64,000 bases of DNA from Octopus vulgaris (Eukaryota): the NCBI GenBank assembly GCA_951406725.2, contig OX597818.1:88040001-88104000 (forward strand). The letters are read 5' to 3'. The notes beneath the pieces are model-generated. The model was given only the letters and a program-made list of their open reading frames with translations, was not told where the DNA came from and did not search any database. Within the stretch, counting starts at the first letter, position 1. Each line of letters opens with the position of its first letter. The position numbers and the translations under genes were made by a program. Shown piece after piece: positions 11,630 through 25,885 of this stretch.

Positions 11630-12590
11630 ATTATTCTATGACATGACTGCACTAAAATGGTTCTTGTTTGGGAGATGTCCTCATTGATGGACATCTCCCA
11701 GACAATGGCGGTCAGAAATGATATTGTGAGGATGTCGATTTGTCTCCCTTTCAACAACCTTTGAGACGTGATAATCCATTAGATTTAAATCTGGTGAGTT
11801 TGGAGCCCATGAGTTTGGTGTTACATGATAAAAAAATATGTCTGGGTTCTTTGTGAGAAATTGTCGGGTGTTGGTGAGACAGGTATGGCCTTCCATTGTG
11901 TACTTCATCCAGTGCTTAAAAAATAACCTCAAGCACCTCAAAACATTTCAATGAAATTAATTCTAAGACCCCGAAGAACGATGTGAAGTAGCATGACACA
12001 ACGTTAGTAGCTGGAAGCATAGTGAGCATAACTTTGGGACATCAGGATCCGCACATAAACAGTTATCATTTCTCCCGTTAGAAATTTTGGTTTCGGTAGA
12101 AGTTTTTCTCATCAGAGAAGAACCAAAGCGTTTCATGTTCAAGAGTGTAAATTAATCGTGTTAATTAACCGTTTCACATGGATCAAAGGGTTTTCTTTAT
12201 CTTTGCAGAACATGAATTGGACTCTTGTATCTAATGTATCCAGTGACTTGTATCCAGTGTCTTCGTGCATCACAGATCTGATAGGTCACAAGAACTGCTG
12301 AACTTCTTTGTAGATGGTCCTCATTGATTTTTCCAGGATCATCTTCAATGTTTTCAACCCATTGAATAAATTTTAGTGTCCTAATGGCTCCGAACTCTAA
12401 GAATGCTTTTTTTCTTCTCTCTTTGAGGGTATTGAAACCTTCCTACCAGAGGCTTCCAGTTTTGTCCAAACTTTGTGTACAAAAATCTTGCGACATTTAG
12501 AAAGGTGGCAGTTTCTTCCCCATTGTGTTCTGCACATGTGGCATCTATGACGGCATGTCTTCTTTATTTCTTCTGTTAGAATTTTATCTA
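11630..12590 (-). mobile_element. Decayed Tc1/mariner (maT/DD37D-like) transposase remnant
   Basis: ORF 11681-11941 contains WAPNSPDLNLMDYHV (WPPNSPDLNPLDY motif). Confidence 0.7.
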
Positions 12591-12781
12591 CTATGGGAGA
12601 TCTGAAAGAAATAAAAATCTTTTAATTGGTTTGAAGAGACTAATATACTTAAATGTGTCCTCAAATACTACTCGCGCAATGTACACACACACACACACAT
12701 ACACACACGCACACACACACAAGTTTAAAAAGGTATGGAAATGAACAAACGAACGGTAAACCGGAAAACAGGCACAAAAGG

Positions 12782-12888
12782 TCCCCAGCACTTCATCAGT
12801 TACCGGCCAAAGGGTCAAATGCAATTTCGTGCCTTTACCGATAATATTGAATCCCTTCTAGTGACGACTGACAAGAAGCTGCCGGGAA
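12782..12888 (-). ncRNA. Non-circularly permuted hammerhead candidate (diverged family)
   Basis: CAAUA^UUAUCGG UAAA GGCAC GAAA UUG ... CCGGUAA CUGAUGA AGUGCUGGGGA. Stem I 7 bp, stem III 4 bp; upstream UUCCCGGCA pairs with UGCUGGGGA. Confidence 0.68.
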
Positions 12889-13303
12889 ATGGAACCAAAA
12901 CATAAGAGAACAAGAACGGACAAACAATAAATGGATAAACAAGCACTGCAGAAATGGACATACGAAATTGAATTAATGTAATTTAAGACGAGACTGCTAG
13001 TGGGCGATCGAGAGATATAAACGAAATAAATAAACAGGTCGAATATAGCCGCAGGGCTAGACGAAGCTGAATGTATGGGAAACGCTAAAAGGGAAATCTT
13101 AAAGAATTGGAAATAGGACAACAGACAGCGAAACAGGTTGAAGTAGAGGCTAGAGAAATTACGACCGGTTGCTTCAGCTGTCAGCATGAAAAGGAAAATA
13201 AAGAGGTTAAGAAAGAAGGATGGCCACAGGTCACGTGTCAGTAAAATGAAGCAGAAAAGTGGTAGCGAGCAGAGAGAGGGAAGAGGAGGAAGTGAGCGAG
13301 AGC

Positions 13304-13334
<31 letters not shown>

Positions 13335-13834
13335 GAAAAGGATATGTATATATACATACATACACACATACCCCACACACACTCATATATATATATATAT
13401 ATAATTCTACTGAAAAGTGACCTTGAGTCACTCTGTTACTTCTGCAAAATAATAAACACACACACACATATATGTATATATATACTCATATTTTGAGTTC
13501 TAATTTCCTTTTCGCGTTATCGTACCTGTATATCTATGTGTGTGTGTGTGTGAATGTTAGAATAGTATAGTTTTCACGAAGAATGTTCTAACACGCTGAC
13601 TAAAGCAGAATAAAACAACAATTCATTCACATACTTACTGACACATACGCCCACTACAGAACAGAGAAATCAGTTCACAACACCATTTCCCTGAATGTTT
13701 CTCGAAGAAGGGTCCTAAACCGGAAATATCTAAACTCATAGTAAAAGTACAAACTATTAACATGTATTATTTCCTATGAGTGTATATATATATATTTGTA
13801 TGTGTATTTATATACATATATATATATATACATA

Positions 13835-13926
<92 letters not shown>

Positions 13927-13929
13927 TTT

Positions 13930-13965
<36 letters not shown>

Positions 13966-14060
13966 ATGTGTGTATATATATATTTATACACACACACATA
14001 CAAATAAATGAATATATATAGAGAATTTATATGTATTAGTGTACATGTATATATATATAT

Positions 14061-14116
<56 letters not shown>

Positions 14117-14195
14117 AAGCACATGTTTCTGCATCTCCTCACATAGTTATAAATGTATTAAAAAATACAGCAAATGTACCATATTCACGTAAATT

Positions 14196-14237
<42 letters not shown>

Positions 14238-14749
14238 CACTCATGTGTGCACATACACACATACACAACCGCCCATCCACACACGCACTCATATATTCAT
14301 TGGCAAAAATTCCCAAGTCCGAAAATATGCGAAGAAAACAAAGCAAAAATAAATAGATAAAGAAATGTATACAACTTCGAGTAAGAGGAGACAGACACAG
14401 CCGTAGGGGTGTCTTGTATAGAAATACGAAAAGTTATTGAAAATACGCTGAAATACTTTAGAATTATTTAACAGACGTAATGTTAGTAAAGAAGAACAGA
14501 GAATTATTATATCGTGTCCAAACAATACAAAAGAAACAGCTGATACGAGACTTAAAGCTAGAAGGAGTTTTGCAGAATCGAGAATTAAGAGGATTAAAAA
14601 ACAAATAATAAATAAGTAAAAGATCTCAGAAGAATTTCGATATAGACATCATAGGATTGTCGACAGAAGCAGATTGAAAGTTAGATCATCACGCTGTAAA
14701 AAGTTTGGTGTTTCTCTTACTCGATTTAATAGTAAAAGGTACTTTAATA

Positions 14750-15150
14750 TCAATAATAATGTTCAGTTTTGTACCAGTAATTGTTTAGTTTCCAACAACT
14801 CCTTTTTTCTTGGTAATCGATTGGCCGGAGAATAGGGACACAGCAGCGAGTATTGATTTGCACAACATACATTGGGTTAACGTTTAAAATAAGATGCTAC
14901 GTGTATAGCAACTCTTTTAACTATCTAGATAAAAGGTATTCTATGAATAGGCTTTTCGCGTATTTGAAGAAATCCAGCTGAACTACCATCAAAATACATT
15001 GATCTACACAATAAATCTGTACAAGCGAATCTGTTAAGGTATTTGAGCAAGATGTCCGTTGTTTAAAATGGAAATTATTGGATATGCCGTGAAGAAAAAA
15101 TCGGAATTTCTGACGAATCATGATCCTTGTCTTTGAATCTATAACCACAT
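14750..15150 (-). pseudogene. Possible Penelope GIY-YIG endonuclease remnant
   Basis: Degenerate NNFHFKQRTSC...IYCVDQC...KLN pattern; heavily frameshifted. Confidence 0.35.
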
Positions 15151-15472
15151 AATAGCTTTTTTTAAACTGCCCTTATGAAATATAGTGGCTCTTTAACCTA
15201 CAAGACTGAATGTTTTAAGATCAGTTAAAATGCTGCCTACTTCCAAATTTTTTCATTAAACTTTTTGTTCTTCTTAGTAAAGAATGTTCTATTCTCTCTA
15301 GAATTCTCTCTGAAATTCTACAGTTCCTTAAATTTCTTACGTTTTTTTTATTTTGCTTTTTCGTTCTTGTAATTTCTGTTATATTTTCTTGGTAGCTCCG
15401 TCATGTATGACGTTACTTGTTTTAGATGGATCACTTCAACCACGCTGTTGTAAGTCTCATGACTTTTGTGCG

Positions 15473-15543
<71 letters not shown>

Positions 15544-15869
15544 GTGTATGTGTGTGTGTGTGTGCGCGCGCCTGTGTGCTCGCGCGTGTGTTCAACTCTA
15601 GTAATTTTATTTCTAGAAAATAACTTATTTTTAGAACAGTTAATTTCAGTTATTTCTTTATATTTTCATACAAATCCCCCAAGCAGCAGTGTATAGCGCT
15701 GTTTCTCGAACTTGCCTATACGCATCAGTGGATATTACAGGTGTGTGTGTAGGGACACGGGGTAGACGCGCCTATGTGTAGATATACGACTGCGTTCTAT
15801 ACTAGTGTTCCACATGTACATGTAAATATCCATAATTATCTATGTATCTGTGTCTTCACACACGCGCTC

Positions 15870-15904
<35 letters not shown>

Positions 15905-16219
15905 TGTATGTATGTATGTATGTATGTATGTATGTACGTATGTATGTATGTACGTACGTTTGTATCTATCTCTGTCTATCTGTCTGTCTGTTTCTCTCTG
16001 TGTGCCTATCTCTATATATACATATGTGCGTGTGTTTGTGTGTCTGTATGTATGCATCTTTCTATCTCTCTCTCTCTCTCTTTCTTTGTTTTTCTCCTTC
16101 CCTGTCTCTATCTCGCTATATGTATGTATGTATGTGTGTACGTATGTACAAGGCGATTTTAATTTATTAAAAAAAATTTAAGCATTTTCAGTCAGTCTTG
16201 CTTTTTTATTTCATTTATT

Positions 16220-16252
<33 letters not shown>

Positions 16253-16360
16253 CTTCTTCTTCTTCTTCTTCTTCTTCTTCTTCTTCTTCTTCTTCTTCTT
16301 CTTCTATTAATGTTTAAATATATATATAGATAGATAGATATAGATATTTACATACACACA

Positions 16361-16442
<82 letters not shown>

Positions 16443-16816
16443 CGCAGACCTCAAGCTTTATTCGCTTACGTAGTGGTGTGGCTGTGTGGTGAGAAGCTCA
16501 CTTCCCAACCACATGGTTCCGGGTTCATTCCTACTGCGGGGTACCTTGGGTAAATGTTTTTTTCAATCGTCTCAGGCTGACCAATAACAGTTTGTATACG
16601 TCCCAGTGAATTACAGGTGCGGCAAAAGTGATGATAAATTATGTAATAATTAAACTTAAATAGTGGGGTCGATTTGTTCGATCAAAAATTCTTCAAGACC
16701 GTTCCCAACATAGCCGCAGTCGATTGAAGGAAACAAGTAGTAAAAGAAAGGTAAGAAGCTTATTTTGAAATTCTCGTCTTTGTATTCTGAATTTAAAACT
16801 GTAATTCTGCCATATA

Positions 16817-17228
16817 CATGGTGTAAAAGAAAGGTTTCCCCGATTTCAAGGATTAATTGAAAGTACCAACTAGAGATTTCATTACCTTCGTGCGCTCAGG
16901 TCAGTGGATCCGTTTCAAGAAGAACAAGAAACATCCTGTGGGAGATGAAAAGTGGAACGGCTATTGAGAGGTGACTGCAGATTTACCAGGGTGCCAGGGA
17001 TTCTTTCCCATCCCAGTTACAAAAACGCCGGACATTTTGATGTGGTGTGAAGGAAAGAAAGACAAACATATGAAGATACATGAAAAGAATTTGTATTTCT
17101 ATGAAGTACATTAAATGCCATTGTGATTCAAGTGGTTTTGAAATACAAAATAAAGCTTTTTCATGCATTTTTATGTGTTTTTTTTTTATTAACCTTTGAA
17201 ATTAGGGCAACCTTTCTGCCGCACCCTG
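16817..17228. mobile_element. Tc1/mariner-type MITE carrying a captured HERO fragment
   Basis: Imperfect ~40-bp TIRs (CATGGTGTAAAAGAAAGGTTTCCCCGATTTCAAGG / CCTTTGAAATTAGGGCAACCTTTCTGCCGCACCCTG) with TA flanks; 16857-17061 copies 19489-19693. Confidence 0.7.
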
Positions 17229-17829
17229 TAGCTAAGCTTCAAAAGCTGTAACAGGGCAAGCAGGTTCGGCGGAAGTGATAAATCGATTGCATCCAAACCA
17301 GTATTCAACTGGTACTTAATTTATTAACCTAGAAAGGATGAAAAGCAAAGCCGCGCTCCGCGGAATTTGTGCTCAAGAAATTAAACACGGACAAAATGCC
17401 GCTAATGCATTTTGCCCGGCGTGCTAACAATTCTACCATATTGCCGTCTTACAGCTTGTCATGGTCAATTTTTGCCAAGCGGCTTTACTCTGCATGCTTT
17501 AGTTTCGTTACTATAGCAACAATCCGGATACTTATTGATCAGAACTCGTAAAGCTTCGAAAGAAAGATCACTAGCACTTTTCCAGGGTTCTAACGATTCT
17601 GTCCGCTTGCCGCTTTCAATGGTTTCTAATTTAGGCACGAGGCCAGCAATTTTGAAGGGTGGGAATAGTTAATATTGTTTCGTGTTTTATTTTATCGACC
17701 CAGAAACAACAAATGTCCAAGCGGACCTCTGTGGGATTTGAACCCAGAAGACAAAGAGCCGAAACAATTACCCTACGGCACTGTTCCAAGCCCTAAAACG
17801 ATTCTATCAGCTCATTATCATCTGTGTTG

Positions 17830-20170
17830 GGGTAATTATAAAGCTGAAAATAAGGATTCCCTGAAAAGAGGAAAGGAGGAACAGCAGGAGAGAGAAGGAA
17901 AGGGTTACAAGTATTATTGGATTTTTCTTATCTGCTGAGAGTCTTCAGGCTAAAACGGATATGTTGATGAATCTGTTCAAAAGGCCGGAATCTTTGGGAT
18001 CTCTGAATGCGCTGAACACTGTTTTTCGATTTGAAAAGCGATCCAGGATGCGAAACAGAACAAGAGATGTCTGAACGTGGTATGGCTTGACCTAGCTAAC
18101 GTATAGGGTTCAGTGCCACACGAATTACTGATCACTTCCACATTCCAGACAGAGTGATCAAAATAATGAGGATGTAACTATGACAGTTTCGAAATGAGGT
18201 TTACAGCTGGAAATTTTACAACAGATTGGCACCGATTGGAAATTGGCATTGCTGGGGGCTGTACAATATCTGTCACGTAGTTTATCTTAGTCATGGAGAT
18301 GATTTCGAAAGCTGTGAATTTTTCGGAACAAATCGCCCATGTACAATCGCCTAAGAAAGCCTTCATGGATGAGGTAACACTTGAGACTAGACGAACTTGT
18401 GAGGTGGTCAAGAATGCGGTTTAGAGCAAAAAAGTCATGTAGTCTGTCATTTGTTGAGGGAGTGCAGAGAGAATTTAGGTTTCGAATAGCTGAAGAAAGC
18501 ATTCCTATAGTCAAAGAAGAACCCGTCAAGAGCTTGGGGCGAGTATACGCTGGAACATTGTCAGACAGAAGTCGCGGGATGGAAATTATGAAACAAACCG
18601 AGGCTGGATTATCAGCGATTGATAACTCGAAGTTGCTAAGTAACTATAAAATTTGGTGCTTGCAGTTCGACTTGTACCCGCGACTTTCGTGGCCTCTTTT
18701 AATATATGAGGTAGCCTTTAACGAGTTCAGATCATTGAACAAAGATGTAATGTGTTCATTAGAAAGTGGCTAGGCCAACCTCGGATGTTGAACAGTTCAG
18801 CTCTTTATCGTAAAAGAGGTTCGTTGCAGTTATCACAAGAGTCAATAGTCGAAATATATAAACTGGGGAAGATACGGACGGTGATGATGCTGAGAGAATC
18901 GAAGGACATGGAAATCAGGTGTAACCCACCAGAGGTGAAACCAGCCACGAAGTGGAAAGCAAAAGTAGAGACTGATGACATCTTGTCTTCTCTTGTACAC
19001 AGAGATATAGTGGGTGCAACGCAAAACCATTGGAAAGGACTTGGTTTTGGCGCAGATCTGTTCAGACCTTTTGCGAGTATGATGCGGAGGGAACGCAGAT
19101 CTGTTGTTAGCAACAGCGTCAAAACGAGAGGAGCAGAGAGAAGAGAGCTTCATTTATCCGATGTATTCAACAAGGACAGATGACGAGATGGGAAGATCAT
19201 GTTGTTGAGAGGAAAATAAGTTGGGATGAGATATGGAAGTGGACGACATTTCGGCTAAGTTTTCTGATTCGTTCATCCTATGATGTTTTGCCATCACCTA
19301 CGAATCTAGTAAGATGGAACGTTTCAGATAATGACATATGCAAATGCGGAATGGTCGGAACGCTGAAACATATTATTTCCAACTGTTCATTAGCATTGAA
19401 CAGGTATACATGGAGACACAACCTGGTCCTTAAGGTTATCTTCAATGCTATAAAGAACCAAATTCATCTCAACACTGAGCAAAAACCGTTGAAAGTACCA
19501 ACTAGAGATTTCATTACCTTCGTGCGCTCAGGTCAGTGGATCCGTTTCATGAAGAACAAGAAACATCCTGTGGTAGATGAAAAGCGGAACGGCTATTGGG
19601 AGATGACTGCAGATTTACCAGGGTGCCAGGGATTCTTTCCCATCCCAGTTACAAAAACGCCGGACATTTTAATGTGGTGTGAAGGAAAGAAAGTTGTAAA
19701 TCTAGTCGAGTTAACGGTTCCTCATGAAGATAACATGGACGCCGCTCGGGCTCGAAAGATTGACCGTTATGTAAACCTCCTCGAGGAATGTGAAGACGCG
19801 GGCTGGAAAGCGGAGCATTTTCCAATGGAAGACGAATGTAGAGGGTTATCGTTAGGCCTAGCTCATCGTTAAGTCAATACCACCATGGCCAATATCCAAA
19901 TTAGTGGCCAAGACTATCCACTGGATTTTTTAAAAAAGAGACGATGAGCGATGGCTAGAGAAATATTAAGCTATATCTAATAGCCAGTTGATCTAGCAAG
20001 CGTGGCTTCATATTAGTAAGGCGGGCCGGCACGCATTGATGCGTCGAGAGGTAGGCATTCTCTCCTGATGATCCAATATAGTTGCTGGCTTCCGGTAGCG
20101 GAATTCTCGACTGGTAGCACTTGCATGTATAAGTTGTTTGCAAGACATCACTGAGGGGAAAACTCAGTAT
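17830..20170 (+). mobile_element. Decayed HERO-clade RLE non-LTR retrotransposon (RT, CCHC knuckle, restriction-like endonuclease)
   Basis: GYVDESVQKAGI...VVWLDLANV*GSVPH; WSRMRFRAKKSCSLS; YDVLPSPTNLVRW; CKCGMVGTLKHIISNC; RYTWRHN; PDIL...VELTVPHED. Multiple stops and frameshifts. Confidence 0.88.
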
Positions 20171-22050
20171 TTTGCCAGAATATTTTTTCTAAAGAGTATC
20201 GTACACATGCCATTATCTTTTGAATGTCTCATAGAAGAGAATAATGAGATTAATGTTCTTTTATAATAGGTAATGTCATACGGAGACAGCGAGATGGCAG
20301 AATCGTTAGCATGCCAGCTAAAATGCTTTGCATAATTTCTTCCGGCGTTGCGTTATGTGTTCAAATATCACGGAGTTCGATTTTCCCTTTTACTCTTTCG
20401 AGGGTCAATAAAATAAGTAGAGTCAGTAGATGAGGAGGAGTCGATGTAAACGACTAGCCTCTGTTCTCCCAAATTTTAGGCCTTCTTCGTATAATAGAAT
20501 TATTTATAGTTATAAAGCTTATTTGAAATCCAGACAAATTCTGCCCTATTTCAAGTCAATGAAAAAAGAAATTAAATTATTATAACCAAATTTTATTAAA
20601 GTTATCACCTACTAGTCTCTGATAATAATCTAATAAATTCAAGCTTACTATCTAGTGACGGAATTTCAATAAGTCTTAATTAAAAAACTCAGGTTCAAAA
20701 GATGAACTTAGCGAGACATCAGACATGAGATGGAAGGAAACACAATATATTTATTGTTACAATTCCCTTTGATATTTCTTTGAGAAAAGAATGGAATCTT
20801 GTCAAAACAGGAGAACCCAGAGCAAACTTTTTTTTTCATATAAAGAAAACCAATTATCTTACACAACACGACTGACCTTATAATTAAAAAAAAAGCATGA
20901 ATAAAAAATACCATTTTAATGAATAAAGCCATAATCCAGGTTTGTTGATAAAGACAGCCATTAAATCATTTCCGAAGCAGATAAGGAACTTCTATCATGA
21001 ACTACTAGAAAAAAGCAGCCAAGTATCATCCCTCTTTTAATACCAACCCTTGTAAGGCCACTCTGTATCTTTGATACAATCTTTTTGTTTCAAACTGATC
21101 TGAATTAAAATCTTTCATTAAAATTCCATTTTAGTTTATGTTACAAACACCAGCTTAATAACGATGCAATTATATCACTGAACGCTTCATTATTTTCAAA
21201 ATTTATAGACACAAGGACAGTGTATTTCAACAGAAATTTCGTAACCAGATAGTTAAATAACACCCTGTCCTCTTTAAACTAGAAAGAAACGTTAAGTATG
21301 TAGTATTACATATTTAACAATAAGAGTCAGTCACGGCTGGTATAAATATGATCATAACCATAGTTCTGCCGAACAGAGCTCGCTCGGAGTTAAACAAAAA
21401 TAGCATCAACATTAAGCTGTTATCGAATTTTAGGAGAAAGCTTTCAAAAATTGTTTTTATTTTTGTCGTTTCTGGTCAAATCACTAATTAATATGCAAGA
21501 AATTAAATGAGGTATTTTTAATAGTCAGCCATATCAATAATTTGTTGAAGATTAAAACAAATTAAATTAGAAATAAAATAATTCAAATAATATCTATTTT
21601 ATGCATATAACAGCGTAAAACAAAACTGAAATGAATTTAAATATTACAAAGCCTCACTGTAGGTCAAATAAGAATGTAAACGCCTTCTTTCAATACTACT
21701 GATGTACGGAACAGGTAGTGGAAGTCTTTGGATTGTTTTATGGCTTGTTGGTCGTTCCTCAAAGAACAGGTACAAGGCTTCTTCTCTAATGAATACCAGG
21801 GATTAGTGACTATAAGTTAGGCTAGCGTCGTATTGGATAGCCTAATTTGCATTTTTTTTCTCCAGTTCATAAATTAAGTAATATCTGTTTTATAACCAAC
21901 ATTACATAAATAAGAAGTGAAATAAATATAAATATAGCAAACCCACATTACGGATGAAATAAGAACGTAAAGATTATTTCTATGTTACTGATATGTGAAA
22001 ATCAGGGAGAGTCATGTGTATAAAATAGGCATTAGCAAGGAAAAGGTCTC

Positions 22051-22265
<215 letters not shown>

Positions 22266-22820
22266 GAGTGAGAGTGCAGTCCATGTCAACAAAGTGACCC
22301 CGGGGTAAAATATACGAAGCCCAGTATATCCATCATGACTACCCGTCTGATAAGGGTACACTAGGCACATGCATCACAACCATATGTGTGCGACATGGTG
22401 ATCTCAGATTAAGATAAACAGCACATGAGCTTGCAGGTGGGTCTCAGTTAGATTTTTCTTCAGGTCGAGTAACCCATCCCGCTCAAATGGTCGTTGAATA
22501 CGGGTTGTTTAAGGATGTTGAACGAGACACCCATGTTTCCAGAGGTGAATTATTCAAACCCCAAAGAATCCCTCTCAACACATGGCTATGATGCTCTCCC
22601 ACTACATCTGCTCGTAATCAGAGATGCACATATCGTCAGCCACTAAGGGATACGGTCAACTGGTAAAGGTTAAACAACTGACAAGCAAATCTGTGGTATT
22701 GAGCAGAATATTTGCTGTAGCCCATCTTTTATACCAAGACAAAACAATGTAAATGATAACACTTGCAATCAGTTAAGATCAGAAGCTACGAGAGCCACTC
22801 CCTGGTACTGCAGGGCATCA
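22266..22820 (-). mobile_element. ~555-bp non-coding interspersed repeat inserted in (TAA)n
   Basis: Near-full inverted homolog at 24497-25043; both copies abut trinucleotide microsatellites. Confidence 0.8.
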
Positions 22821-22843
22821 TTATTATTATTATTACTATTATT

Positions 22844-22876
<33 letters not shown>

Positions 22877-23039
22877 ATTATTATTATTATTATTATTACT
22901 TTGGCAAATCCATTGTGCATTGGCCAATAACCTATTTAGACATGGTAGTTTTAAACTTTTCATGAATAATGGCATTAAGGCCTATAAGAGTCCAGCAATT
23001 CTTATTGCAAATCAGAGACTTAGCTCCTAACGTTACTAC

Positions 23040-23530
23040 TATAAGAAGACGTCTTCTCCAGCTGGTTATTCGACGCAATCGGCATTCGATATATATTGCA
23101 AGTAGGGGAGTGAACCCCTACCAACTTCCAGCCATGAGATCACCAACAGTATGGTTTCGACCTCTTTGTGGTCATTCCCGATGGTAGATACTCGTCCGCT
23201 AAAGATAGCAGTAGTTCGCTCGAGATCGCAATATATAGAAAACAAGTGACACCTACTCATTGATCTTGAAAAAGCAAATTAGTTAGTTAGAAAATCTCTA
23301 TCAGAAATGAAAGCTTTGGCTGTACTGGGAAGTAATGTTTATAGCCGTTTAAACATGGCTGTTTCGTAGGAACCGACGATACTGCTGTTTTTAAACCCAG
23401 GAGGACGCCTCCTCCAGCTGGCTATTCGATGCAATCTGCCAATGATATATATTAAAAGCAGGGTAATGAACTCCTACCATCTTCTAGCCACGAGACCGCC
23501 AGACCCTACGTTTCGACTGTGCGATAACGT
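23040..23530 (-). repeat. Two degenerate tandem copies of a Penelope-LTR-like repeat
   Basis: 23040-23165 resembles 23395-23520 (CTCCAGCTGG.TATTCGA.GCAATC...GTTTCGAC) and is related to the hammerhead-bearing repeat at 49430-49720. Confidence 0.55.
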
Positions 23531-23649
23531 AACGAATACACTACAATTCATAACATTTCATGGTAAGTTAATACCAGACTCTGCTATTGTGAGCCCTAAT
23601 TCTTTGAAATTCTATTCTTAGACACACATACACACACATGCACGCACAT

Positions 23650-23743
<94 letters not shown>

Positions 23744-24496
23744 GTATATGTGTGTGTAAGTATGTGTGTAAGTATGTGTGTGTGCGTGTGTCTGTCTGTC
23801 TATCTGAATGAAAGAAAGACAAACAGATAAGAAAAAACACAGTGTTTTATAGAATTAATGTTTATATCAAGTATGTGGGTAATTATAGATAACATCATAA
23901 ATGAATGTTTAAGACTGACACATCATCTTAAAAGGTAATGAGGTAAATTATCACAAGAACATTAGAATACTCAGAGACATTCCAGCAATTACCTACATAC
24001 CGTAGATCTAATTTAAAAGCGTTGTCCATGAACACAGTGATATTTAATGATAAAAGATGAGAAAACAAATGAATAATTATGAGGACGAAATCCTGGAAAG
24101 AGGCCGCACAAAATATCCTGAAATCAGAATTTCTCAAAACCAACAGCGTGGAGAACAAACGAAGCGGCTTCTATGTTTTGGTTTGGCGTTCTAGAAATAG
24201 CAGTCAAATGGTGCTCCAGTTATATTCAATAATCTAAAAAAATAGAAGGGTACACTGGAGTCCTGGATGCAATATAACTGAATCCTACTCATAAATAACA
24301 AACAACAACGACAACAACAACAACAACATGTGTAGCCAGTTTGTTAGAGATACAAACGCTGAGACAGATACCAAAGACCGGTAGTTATAGATGCAAAGAA
24401 ATAACCTGAAAATAGAAACAAGCATTTATATGGTCTCCTTCTCAATAATAATAATAATAATAATGATGATGATGACAATGATGATGATAAATGTTC

Positions 24497-25043
24497 TGAT
24501 ACAGTACCAGGCAGTGGCTCTCGTGGCTTCTGATCTTAACTGATTGCAAGTGTTATCATTTACATTGTTTTGTCTTGGTATAAAAGATGGGCTACAGCAA
24601 ACATTCTGCTCAATACCACAGATTTGCTTGTCAGTTGTTTGACCTTAACCAGTTGACCATGTCCCTTAGTGGCTGACGATATGTGCATCTCTGATCACGA
24701 GCTGACGTAGTGGGGCAGCATCATAGCAATGTGTTAAGAGGGATTCTTTGGAGCTTGAATAATTCACCTCGAGAAAAATAAGTTTTTCGTTCAATATCCT
24801 TAAACAACCCTTATTCAACGACCATTTGAGCGGGATGAGCTACTCGACCCGAAGAAAATTCTAACAGGGCCTCACCTGCAAGGTCATGCGCTGTTTATCT
24901 TGATATGAAATCACCATGTCGCGCACGTATGGTTGTGATGCATGTGCCTAGTGTAATCTTATCAGACGGGTAGTCATGATGGGTATACTAGGTTTCGTAT
25001 ATTTCATCCCTGTGTCATGCACTGCTTTCCCACTCAATAATAA
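24497..25043 (+). mobile_element. Second copy of the ~555-bp repeat
   Basis: Reverse complement of 22266-22820 with a small 3' deletion; ends CACTC-AATAATAA. Confidence 0.8.
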
Positions 25044-25271
25044 GGTGCTCTAGTTTGAGATACTTTTGATAAGTCTGCTGCATCAAAGATTTATGTCGTT
25101 AAGTAATGATAACAAGAGCAAATATCATTGAAGAAATGGAAGGATACATTAGATAATGTGGTAGGAGATACGTTGTAAAAAATAAGTAGACAGTAACAAC
25201 ATGGGGTGATCACGATTAGAAAACCCTTGTTTATATGTCTAGAGGGTTAAGGCAGACTGAAAGATCTGACA

Positions 25272-25885
25272 CCATTCTATGAGTCACAGTCTGTACCCCG
25301 GCTTATGAGTCATAACCAAAGTCGCCAGCCGTGGGATCACAGACTATCGCTCCAGCCTATGTCACAGTTTAAAAGCCCACACACTAATTCCACAGCCTAT
25401 GACTCAGAATCTAATTCCTTGCTTATGAAACACGGTCTATGGACACAGCCTATGAAACACAGTTTATGACTCCAGCCTATGAGTTTAAAGTGTAAGGTCC
25501 TAGCCTATGACTATAAAGCTCCAGCGTTTGAGCCAGAGTCTGAAGCCATAACCAGTGAACCAGAGTCTGATTCCAATATATGAATCCAAGTCTAGTGAAT
25601 CAACCTATATCGCGTGATCTCGAGCTCCAGACTATAAGTCACAGTCCAGTCCCAGCCTATGAATCACAGTCTAAGGCCCTTCTATATGTAACGGTCTCGA
25701 ATTCCAACATATGATCCACAATATTGATTTCCAGCCTATGAGTCATGGTCTGGACCCTTAGGATATGAGTGACGTTCCTGGGCCCCAGCCCACATGTCAC
25801 AGGCGAAGATTTCGGCCAATGTGTCATGGTCTGGGACCCTAGACTACGAGTCACAGTCTAGGGCACTGTCAATGAATCACAGTCG
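25272..25885 (+). repeat. Degenerate ~27-bp minisatellite (about 22 units)
   Basis: Recurring CAGCCTATGAGTCACAGTCT core with ~27-nt spacing. Confidence 0.85.

Noticed and set aside
13697-13735. TCGAAGA-GGT..ACC-GGAAATATC motif
   Set aside because: Two core changes and a mismatched first stem I pair; at best a dead relic.
15685-15735. Minus-strand CTGATGC...GAAACAGCGCTATA
   Set aside because: A9 substituted and no stem I or stem II pairing.
25272-25885. Repeat array superficially like CRISPR
   Set aside because: Units are contiguous and degenerate with no unique spacers, there are no cas genes, and the context is eukaryotic.
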